Of a DNA stretch of 24,764 nucleotides, positions 18,501 through 24,689 are shown one piece after another. Origin of the DNA: a virus (lineage: Duplodnaviria > Caudoviricetes); the IMG/VR virus record IMGVR_UViG_3300023174_000605, positions 1 to 24,764 of that record, one strand, 5' to 3'. The stretch's first letter is position 1; every line of letters starts with the position of its first letter. The translations under genes were made by a program, and so were the position numbers. A model generated the notes under the pieces. The model was given only the letters and a program-made list of their open reading frames with translations. It did no database searches and was not told the DNA's origin.

Positions 18501-18883
18501 CCATATGTATCGATTGTTAATACTGGAACTGCAGTAGAAGAACCATAAGAGCCAGCAGTAACTCCAGAAGCAGCAAGAGAAACTGTTGAAGCAGTAGAAC
18601 CATTGTAAGCGGAACCAGTTAAACCAGTACCGATTGTTAGGGTTGCTAAATTAGAACCTAGAGCAACACCTGAAATTGTTGAATTTGCTAACTTCGAGTT
18701 AGCGATCGCACCTGAAGCGACATTGCTAAAATTAACTTTGGCTAATTCGTGTCCACCTGCAGTAGTTCCATCATGCATGTGTAAAGAATTATTTGTGGTG
18801 TTGACTGTTACCTCACCGAGTACACCTGTGAATGTACTATGTTGAGAATGAGTACCACGTCTTAATTGTATTTGAAGTGCCAT
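15560..18883 (-). CDS. Long fibre protein with an Mtd_N-like N-terminal domain and multiple internal repeats
   Basis: 1107 aa. N-terminus QIQLRRGT....FTGVLGEVTVNT....HMHDG.TAGG; seven EG(S)TN.Y[YF]T..R repeats; SGVTAG.YG...TID..GRVT repeats; P.TLDTLQELA.AI.NDPN motif common in phage fibres. Confidence 0.88.
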   Translation of the reverse strand: MALQIQLRRGTHSQHSTFTGVLGEVTVNTTNNSLHMHDGTTAGGHELAKVNFSNVASGAIANSKLANSTISGVALGSNLATLTIGTGLTGSAYNGSTASTVSLAASGVTAGSYGSSTAVPVLTIDTYGRVTLAGTAAISGALTFTGDVSGSGTTGTTTTLTLATVNSNVGTFTKLTVNGKGLVTAASNATTTDIAEGTNLYYTQARFDTAFAAKSTTNLAEGTNLYYTQNRFDSAFGAKTTDNLTEGSTNQYFTTARARASVSAGTGITYSSSTGVIATAQDISTTSSPVFASITSTGAITAGSLTVSGDLTINGTTTTVNSTTLTVDDKNIELGSIASPSNATADGGGITLKGTTDKTFNWVSATGAWTSSEHLALASGKTLVINGSSSGSVTVQVPATSGSTTITLPATSGTVVTTGDSATVTNAMLAGSIANSKLTNSTVTVNGQTVSLGGNITVTATASNALTIGTGLTGTSYNGSAAVTIGIDSTVATLTGTQTLTNKSLSDSTTFFVDETDATKKLQFQLSGITSATTRTLTIPNVDGTIVTTGDTGTVTSAMIANGTIVDGDISATAAISTSKISGLAASATTDTTNASNISSGTLAAARLPAFSGDATSTAGSSALTLAASGVTAGTYGSSTAVPVLTIDAKGRVTLASTASISGAITLSGDVSGSGTTGGTTSVTLATVNSNVGTFGSSTAIPTITVNAKGLVTGVSTTAVFIPSSSIAVTGGDLTLSGTTGSDITNATLAATGIGAGTYTKITVDTKGRATVGAQATTSDIAEGTNLYYTDARARAAHSGGTGISYNSGTGAIAVDTTTIATQTYVNTKVADLVGSTPATLDTLQELATAIGNDPNYASTLTTLVGTKLNTADFTSTANTWLGTKSTTNVAEGTNLYFTTARARSAISVSGNLAYNSSTGVISYSNPTTDSVTEGSTNLYFTTTRANNAFDNRLALKSTSDLSEGTNKYFTDARARAAISVSGGATYNSTTGVINVPAPTVTLDGLDDVVINAPQAQQVLKFNGTQWVNANNDVAVASAVFAPQAMSDLGDVSDPVIGISEDLGTVTQLAYFVYDMGQLRLDGIVSLNNLDQSVKSDYIAYSIIFGF
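18201..18301. repeat. 26-bp exact direct repeat, 75-bp period, in the 1107-aa fibre gene
   Basis: gtataatatagatttgttccttcagc at 18201-18226 and 18276-18301, encoding AEGTNLYYT twice. Confidence 0.9.
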
Positions 18884-18892
18884 TCTTTACCT

Positions 18893-19567
18893 TTAAACTA
18901 TAGTTCCTGCGTCTACCATTGCAGACATATTTATTGATTCTGTAATCAACCCTGCGTCAACAACAGGAAATCCTCCACCACCAGTAACAGCTGCCCAAGA
19001 TAAATTAGAACCATCAGTGGTTAAATATTTACCAGCATTACCACTCTGAGAAGGTAATGATGTTCCCTGCGATCCACCAGTTAAAAGGTTGGATCCAACT
19101 CCACCAGTTGCAGCAGATAAATCAATAAATGCGCCACGATTTGATCCACCACTTTCAAAAAATCTAATCTTATTTTGAAAGATGTCAATAGTAACGCTTG
19201 TGGAAATTGTTGTATTCGTTACTGGTTTGTTTAGGGTAATTTCACCACCCTCATCGCCAGAAGAATAATTACTTACTAAATTTTGTCCAGCTGTAATATT
19301 ACCTGTAGCAGACAAAGAAGTAAAAGCACCAGTCGATGGTGTTGTAGCACCGATTGATGTATTATTGATAGTGCTATTATTTAATGTTTTATTTGTTAAG
19401 GTATCTGTGGCAGATGATGCGCCAAATAATTGAATTACGTTTGACGAATCTTTAAAATACAGTTTCCCATCAGCGTAGTTAAGTGCTAACTCGCCATAAT
19501 CTAAATCTGCAGATTGTGGGATCTTTCCTAGTACGGAAGACTTTTTTAACTTAACCGTATTGGCCAT
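18893..19567 (-). CDS. Short fibre/adaptor protein with an Mtd_N-like N-terminus
   Basis: 224 aa with VKLKKS....K.P....L.YGELALNYADGKLYFK, IGATTPSTGAFT and LPSQSGNAGKYLTTDGSNLSW fibre motifs; C-terminal VDAG twice. Confidence 0.82.
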   Translation of the reverse strand: MANTVKLKKSSVLGKIPQSADLDYGELALNYADGKLYFKDSSNVIQLFGASSATDTLTNKTLNNSTINNTSIGATTPSTGAFTSLSATGNITAGQNLVSNYSSGDEGGEITLNKPVTNTTISTSVTIDIFQNKIRFFESGGSNRGAFIDLSAATGGVGSNLLTGGSQGTSLPSQSGNAGKYLTTDGSNLSWAAVTGGGGFPVVDAGLITESINMSAMVDAGTIV

Positions 19568-19601
19568 TATTTACCTTAAAAAAGGACAACTCAATTTTGA
19601 A

Positions 19602-19621
19602 AGAGGGATAAAAATCCCTCT
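19602..19621 (-). terminator. Stem-loop AGAGGGAT-TTTT-ATCCCTCT: weak terminator or leader hairpin
   Basis: Perfect 8-bp inverted repeat with a 4-nt loop between the 869-aa and 224-aa genes; only a short U tract follows on the minus strand. Confidence 0.55.
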
Positions 19622-19631
19622 GTTCTTTTGC

Positions 19632-19638
19632 TATTTAG
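19632..19638 (-). promoter_or_regulatory. Late promoter motif (CTAAATA) overlapping the stop of the 869-aa gene
   Basis: The + strand has tatttag, the same motif and placement as at 12685. Confidence 0.55.
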
Positions 19639-22244
19639 TATGTTCCACCATCTACGTCGCCGTAGACTAGAGTAGTTCCATTTGATTGTAGAACTTTACC
19701 TGAAACGCCAACACTCAACTTACTTAGAGTTGATGCACCAGATGCAACTAACAAGTCACCAGTTGAGTAACTTGATTGTCCAGTACCACCATACCCAGCA
19801 CCGATTGTAGTACCATTCCAAACACCAGTAGTAATAGTACCTAATGTTGTAATAGAAGATTGACCAACATAAGTTGATGCAATATCAATACTGTCAGCAT
19901 TGACTGTAATTCTGTTTGCAGTTCCAACTACATCAACAACACCAGAAGTGAATGTTAAACCAGCACCAGCAACAGTAGAAGCAAGAGTTACAGTATCAGC
20001 AACGATTGCGATACCTGTTCCAACTTGTACGTCAAACTGATTACCATTCTTGATAAGACCAGCACCAGCTGCAATATTATTGGTGATTGAGAATAAACCG
20101 AATGTTAATGGAGATGTTCCAACTGTCAATGTTCCAGTTGAAGTTAATACCCATCCAGTCGCTGCTTGAGTATTACCCTCTTCAACGAAAGTGAATAAAC
20201 CAGAAGTAACTTCGGCATTAGCGTCTGCATCAGAAGAACGAGTCCACGCACCATTGGCAACAACATAGATACCGTTCTGAGATGCAGTGGTTTGATCTTT
20301 AACAAGAACACGATCGCCAGAAACAACAGCAATTCCGTCAATTGTTTGTGTTCCAGAAAGTGTAATGTTGCCAGTAGTAGTAACACGAACTGACTGTTTA
20401 ACATCAAGACCAGAACGAGCAGCATCAACGTAGTTCTTAGTTGCAGCGTCTTGTGGATTTACTGGATCAGCAAGACCAGTAATCTTTTGTCCACTCATCG
20501 CTACATCTGATGAGAATGTTGTAGCTCCAGTAACAGTTAATGTTCCTGCAATCGCAGTATTACCAGAAGTAGCAGCTACTGTAAATTTGTTTACGTTAAT
20601 CGCTAGATCGCCTGTTAAACCAAGAGTACCAGCGATTTGAGTGTTACCAGAAGTAGCATTAACAGTAAACTTGTTGGTTGCTACATCGAAGTTACCCAAT
20701 GAAGAAACTGTGCTAGAGAAAGTAGCAGCACCAGTTACTCCAAGAGTTGTAGAGAAAGTACCTGAAGTGGCACTTAATGCAGCGAGAGTTGTAGCTCCAG
20801 TTACACCTAAAGTTCCAGCTATTGCAGTATTACCTGAAGTGGCAGCAACAGTAAACTTATTAGTTGCAACAGAGAAGTTTCCTGCAACATCTGCAGTACT
20901 TGAGAAAGTCGCTGCTCCAGTTACACCTAAAGTTGAACTTAATGTTGTAGCACCACCAACACCTAAAGTATTGCTGAGGTTAGTTGCTCCAGTTACACCT
21001 AAAGTTCCAGCTACAGAAGTATTACCAGACGCTGCAGTGACTGTAAACTTATTTGTATTTACGGCAAAGTCACCAGAAACATCTAATGTTCCAGAGTAAG
21101 TTCCGTTTACTGCATTAGTGTTAGCGAATGTAGAAGTTCCAGTAACACCGAATGTTCCACCAACAGTAGCGTTACCTGTTATAGAAGCAGAAGCAAGAGT
21201 TGATGCTCCAGCTGCCAAAGCTCCGTTAAGTGTTGTATTACCTGTTACAGTTAAAGTTCCGCCAACAGAAGCATTATTGCTAATAGTTGCTGATGAAAGA
21301 GTAGAAGCACCTGCCGATAATGTTCCAGAAATAGAAGTATTACCGTTGGCAGTATCAACTAAGAACTTAGTTGCTGGAGTAGCAGCACCATCAGTGATGC
21401 GGAAATATTCAGTTGCTGGTGTTGTAGAACCAGATAATGTTAATCCTTGATTAAACTGAACGCTACCGATGTTTAAGTCAGTACCAGCGATACTTAAGTT
21501 ACCACCAACATATAAGTTTCCAGCGATACCAACACCACCAGCAACAGTTAATGCGCCAGATGTTGTGCTAGTAGAAGCAGTAGTTGCGTCAATTTGAACA
21601 GTAGCAATCTGAGAACCGATTCTGAATAAACTTGTGCTTAAAGAAGCAGCTAAGTTACCATCAGTATAGAATCTTAATGTATCATCAGAAGCACCTGGAG
21701 TTGCTTCTGCAGTAATGTATGTTAAGCCATCAACAGAACGGACACCACCTAGTGATGACCAGTTGGAACCTGAATAACCTTCGAAAGAAGTAGTATCAGT
21801 ATTGAAACGAATTGCGCCAGCATAAGCAGGAGTAGTTCTTTGTGCTGTAGTACCAGCAGGAATCATCATCTGGTTTGTACCAGCGATTCTTACAATTGCT
21901 GTAGAAGAATTAGGAGCGATTGTAATATCGCCACTTACTGCGCTAATTGTATTTGGTGCTACATCACCGAAAGCTAAACCACCAACTAAGAACTTGTCAA
22001 TCTTACCTGAGTTATCAAGGATAACTGCTTTACCACTTAAAGTAGACCAAGATCCTGCAGTTCCAGATAATAAGTCAGTGTAGAATTTACCACCGATAAT
22101 TTGCTGCGGTGCGCCACCCGATACTTCAGTACCGAAACCAATGTATAATTTACCTGAGCCAGATGAGTAGGCTAACTCACCATCTCCCAATATCGCTGGA
22201 GCGGAACTTCCGCTCGAACGCTTAATTCTGATTATTGATGCCAT
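19635..22244 (-). CDS. Fibre protein with an Mtd_N-like N-terminus and TNKFTV repeats
   Basis: 869 aa. N-terminus IRIKRS....AP..L.DGELAY.....KLYIG; four NKFTV.A.SGNT..AGTL repeats; ITGLADP.NPQDAATKNYVD followed by LSG.QTIDG.....GDRVLVK.QT.ASQNGIY (common fibre module); ends in DGGTY. Confidence 0.88.
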   Translation of the reverse strand: MASIIRIKRSSGSSAPAILGDGELAYSSGSGKLYIGFGTEVSGGAPQQIIGGKFYTDLLSGTAGSWSTLSGKAVILDNSGKIDKFLVGGLAFGDVAPNTISAVSGDITIAPNSSTAIVRIAGTNQMMIPAGTTAQRTTPAYAGAIRFNTDTTSFEGYSGSNWSSLGGVRSVDGLTYITAEATPGASDDTLRFYTDGNLAASLSTSLFRIGSQIATVQIDATTASTSTTSGALTVAGGVGIAGNLYVGGNLSIAGTDLNIGSVQFNQGLTLSGSTTPATEYFRITDGAATPATKFLVDTANGNTSISGTLSAGASTLSSATISNNASVGGTLTVTGNTTLNGALAAGASTLASASITGNATVGGTFGVTGTSTFANTNAVNGTYSGTLDVSGDFAVNTNKFTVTAASGNTSVAGTLGVTGATNLSNTLGVGGATTLSSTLGVTGAATFSSTADVAGNFSVATNKFTVAATSGNTAIAGTLGVTGATTLAALSATSGTFSTTLGVTGAATFSSTVSSLGNFDVATNKFTVNATSGNTQIAGTLGLTGDLAINVNKFTVAATSGNTAIAGTLTVTGATTFSSDVAMSGQKITGLADPVNPQDAATKNYVDAARSGLDVKQSVRVTTTGNITLSGTQTIDGIAVVSGDRVLVKDQTTASQNGIYVVANGAWTRSSDADANAEVTSGLFTFVEEGNTQAATGWVLTSTGTLTVGTSPLTFGLFSITNNIAAGAGLIKNGNQFDVQVGTGIAIVADTVTLASTVAGAGLTFTSGVVDVVGTANRITVNADSIDIASTYVGQSSITTLGTITTGVWNGTTIGAGYGGTGQSSYSTGDLLVASGASTLSKLSVGVSGKVLQSNGTTLVYGDVDGGTY
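20520..21080 (-). repeat. Four G[DN][FL].[VI]..NKFTV.A.SGNT..AGTL repeats, including a 28-bp exact DNA repeat
   Basis: gctccagttacacctaaagttccagcta at 20794-20821 and 20986-21013, with a 21-bp partial copy at 20914-20934; outer boundaries approximate. Confidence 0.85.
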
Positions 22245-22259
22245 CTGTTATTCTCCATT

Positions 22260-22511
22260 TTAATAATACCCACCTTCCATGTTTTGCGCATCTAAGGTGG
22301 TTGAGGCGGTCCATTTTTGTGTTGTTTCTCTGTAAATCAATATTGACCCAGTTACTTTACCATTTGTGGTAACATCAACGTCTGCAATATTAGACATTGA
22401 TTCTACTACAGCTGGGTTAGCCAAATTGGTATTGGAAAGAACGATCGTGCCTTCTGATACTGCAACTTGTAACGCTTCATCAGGCTGAACTATTGCTACT
22501 GTGTCTGCCAT
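22260..22511 (-). CDS. Small fibre-associated adaptor protein
   Basis: 83 aa with an IADVD......GSILIY.....KW motif (similar to LDDV......QVLKFNGTQW in the 1107-aa fibre), ending in EGGYY; tightly packed in the operon. Confidence 0.78.
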   Translation of the reverse strand: MADTVAIVQPDEALQVAVSEGTIVLSNTNLANPAVVESMSNIADVDVTTNGKVTGSILIYRETTQKWTASTTLDAQNMEGGYY

Positions 22512-22513
22512 GT

Positions 22514-22846
22514 TTATCTCGTTATTTCTGGGGTTACTGTTACGATTCCTTCTATGACCCTTGTTTTAGTTCCTGATGGTGATGTTATCTCTACGTCATA
22601 TAGCCATCTTCCAGCTGGTATAGCAGAAGATTGGGTATTGTTTAACTGGAGACGAACCTTGCCTTGCGCAGCGTCATAAAGAGATGTTGTGAAGTTATAT
22701 ACAGTGGAAGATGAGTAAGATTTTCTCATCTGAGACGCCACGCTATACCCAGTCAGATTCAATGGTTGTCCGTTAGTAGCAGCCACAGTAATAATTGTAC
22801 TGTAGTCAGCTCCAGCGTCTACAAAAAGGTTGCTAACAGTTGCCAT
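22514..22846 (-). CDS. Small beta-sandwich virion adaptor protein (BppU-N/LtfC-like fold suspected)
   Basis: 110 aa with NL.VDAGADY, LNLTGY...SQMRKSY.S, G.V.L.L...Q...I.AGR..YDVEI and TRVIEG.VTVTP.ITR; first gene after the leftward late promoters. Confidence 0.8.
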   Translation of the reverse strand: MATVSNLFVDAGADYSTIITVAATNGQPLNLTGYSVASQMRKSYSSSTVYNFTTSLYDAAQGKVRLQLNNTQSSAIPAGRWLYDVEITSPSGTKTRVIEGIVTVTPEITR

Positions 22847-22876
22847 CCTTGGGATCCTAAATTGCTTTTCTTCAAT

Positions 22877-22918
22877 TATTTATCATATTTAGAAACGCTA
22901 AATACAGTTGTATAAATA
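22877..22918. promoter_or_regulatory. Divergent late-promoter cluster
   Basis: Minus-strand ATAAATA (22877-22883) and CTAAATA (22886-22892); plus-strand CTAAATA (22898-22904) and a perfect TATAAATA (22911-22918). Confidence 0.75.
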
Positions 22919-22961
22919 CTTTTTTGCTGCGAAGCGATAATTTTTAACTCATGGAGATAAC

Positions 22962-23570
22962 ATGGAAACTACTCAAAACACCCCAGAAGTCAATAAACTT
23001 GTAACAGAATCTTTCGCAAAAGAACTGTTCCCAACACAATTCCGCAGTTTTGATATTAACCCAGAAATGATGGATGGGTTAACCTTTAGCGATCAAGATT
23101 TTATTGACTTGGTGAATTCATGTTCTACGAACGTAACTACTGAATTGATGTTTACAGAAGATAACAAATATGTAGAAAAACTGAAAGAAATCGTTTACAC
23201 TATTTGCCAAGATCTTCCAGAATTTAATAATGAGATGCAATATACACCTGTTATTATTGGATCTAATGCTCTGTTCCAACAAAAACTAGAACACATTCCA
23301 TTACATGCATATGAGCATGTTCCACTAGTATTCACGTTTGTTCTTCATACAGGAGATTACACACCTCCAACATATTTTGCAGATCCACGTGGTGGCGTAA
23401 CTACAACACGTCAGCTAGTTGCTCAGAATTTAGTTTCAACTTCTTTCCAAATCAAAGGTAGATTTGGTGAGGTTTTTGTAACTCCTGGACATTTGATGCG
23501 CTACACAGAAACTAATTTAGACACTCAAGCCTATGTGACTTTAAATATTAAAATTGGGTTTGGGCGTTAA
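22962..23570 (+). CDS. Putative 2OG-Fe(II) oxygenase-like (DSBH fold, TIGR02466-like) protein with degenerate metal ligands
   Basis: 202 aa with a GGAG Shine-Dalgarno. LFPT near the N-terminus, PLHAY...L.FTF.L, F.DPR, G.VFVTPG.L.....TN and terminal TLNI match the layout of phage TIGR02466-type proteins. Confidence 0.65.
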   Translation: METTQNTPEVNKLVTESFAKELFPTQFRSFDINPEMMDGLTFSDQDFIDLVNSCSTNVTTELMFTEDNKYVEKLKEIVYTICQDLPEFNNEMQYTPVIIGSNALFQQKLEHIPLHAYEHVPLVFTFVLHTGDYTPPTYFADPRGGVTTTRQLVAQNLVSTSFQIKGRFGEVFVTPGHLMRYTETNLDTQAYVTLNIKIGFGR

Positions 23571-24627
23571 TTCTATTTCGGTTAACAAAAGATGTCGGTG
23601 GCAATTTAAAGACACTGTAATCTTCTAATAAAAGCAACCAAGTCGGATCGGGGTTTCCTAAATTGGAAACCCCTTTTGGTTTGCGCCAAGCATAATAGCT
23701 ATCTCCACTCCACTCTTCAATTAACTCTCTCATAACCCAACGATGTGTTAATGGGTTTCCAACTTCTTTAGTGAATGGTTCTTTTGTAGTAATCACATAA
23801 CGCTGAAAGTCATCAGTGTTAAAAAAGTGATATTGATTATCTTGCTGACTAGTGCTAACACGTGTTGCAAATTCAGCAGTATACCAGTCTAAGTTGAAAA
23901 TAAACCACCAACGCAAATCCCTTAAAGTTTCAATCTTCTTTGGACTTGCTTTAATGCATGGTAGCATAAACTCATGCAATTCTGGATCAATGTATTTTGT
24001 ATAATCGTCCAGTGGATCTGGTCCGTTAAACTGATGGTGAAAGAATGATATGTTGGTTTTTACTGAAGGATTAACTGAAAAATTATCAGTTGGTCCAAAT
24101 AATTGATTACCAAAAAATCCAGTAACAAATATCTCATCTTCTGAACAGTCATCAAAATCTCTACTTGATGAAACTTTAATTTTTACTTTCACACCTTTGG
24201 GGATAATTCTTTTCTCCAAGAAGTCACCAGATTCAAGTATCGAAGTATATGTTCCATAAACAGTAATTTGAATTGGATCATTGGCAAAATGCAATAACGC
24301 ACATAACACCAAAGTGCTATCAATTCCTCCGCTCCAGACTACGTTTATACGTTTGCCCATAGCCAAGAGTTCTTTACATCTTTCCTCTACGCATTGCGCA
24401 AAAGATTTATTAAACCCATCTACGTTTGGTATTTGTAACAGTCCAGGTTTAATATTTAAATAATGTGGGATAGATCCTGTTCTATCATAAACATTGTTTA
24501 GATTCATTTTATGTTTATCATAAAAATAAAATAAATCTCTATCTAAAAGATGCTCGCCCAAAATGCTAGGTTGTTGGTCAACAACTTGCTTAACAAATCC
24601 GACATTGTAAAATAAAATTTGCTTCAT
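23548..24627 (-). CDS. PP-loop (N-type ATP pyrophosphatase) protein, asparagine-synthetase C-domain-like, with no glutaminase domain
   Basis: 359 aa. INVVWSGGIDST is the SGGxDS PP-loop, and FVTGFFGNQLFG resembles the AsnB SGEGADE.FGG motif. No N-terminal Ntn Cys domain. Confidence 0.75.
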   Translation of the reverse strand: MKQILFYNVGFVKQVVDQQPSILGEHLLDRDLFYFYDKHKMNLNNVYDRTGSIPHYLNIKPGLLQIPNVDGFNKSFAQCVEERCKELLAMGKRINVVWSGGIDSTLVLCALLHFANDPIQITVYGTYTSILESGDFLEKRIIPKGVKVKIKVSSSRDFDDCSEDEIFVTGFFGNQLFGPTDNFSVNPSVKTNISFFHHQFNGPDPLDDYTKYIDPELHEFMLPCIKASPKKIETLRDLRWWFIFNLDWYTAEFATRVSTSQQDNQYHFFNTDDFQRYVITTKEPFTKEVGNPLTHRWVMRELIEEWSGDSYYAWRKPKGVSNLGNPDPTWLLLLEDYSVFKLPPTSFVNRNRINAQTQF

Positions 24628-24644
24628 ATAATCCCCAAATGAAA

Positions 24645-24668
24645 AAGGGGATGCCTAAACATCCCCTT
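24645..24668 (-). terminator. Rho-independent terminator-like hairpin AAGGGGATG-TTTAGG-CATCCCCTT followed by TTT
   Basis: Perfect 9-bp inverted repeat; the minus strand reads CCCCTTTTT. It lies downstream of the partial ORF ending at 24690. Confidence 0.65.
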
Positions 24669-24677
24669 ACATAATGT

Positions 24678-24684
24678 ATTTAGA
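24678..24684 (-). promoter_or_regulatory. Late promoter motif (CTAAATA) upstream of the PP-loop gene
   Basis: The + strand has tatttag in the intergenic region, 9 nt from the hairpin. Confidence 0.5.
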
Positions 24685-24689
24685 CAGTA

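Noticed and set aside
11724-21013. 26-28-bp direct repeats as a CRISPR or mini-array
   Set aside because: Each has only 2-3 copies, in frame within coding repeats, with periods that are multiples of 3, and there are no cas genes.
11642-21450. Numerous plus-strand ORFs of 60-152 aa antisense to the fibre genes
   Set aside because: These are shadow ORFs arising from the Thr/Ala/Gly/Val codon bias of the sense genes. Their Val/Pro/Ala-rich translations mirror the sense repeats and lie wholly inside confident genes.
10324-22244. Diversity-generating retroelement suggested by the Mtd_N-like domains
   Set aside because: I saw no reverse transcriptase, no TR/VR pair differing at adenines and no C-terminal CLec-type variable region. 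Mtd_N-like domains alone do not imply a DGR.
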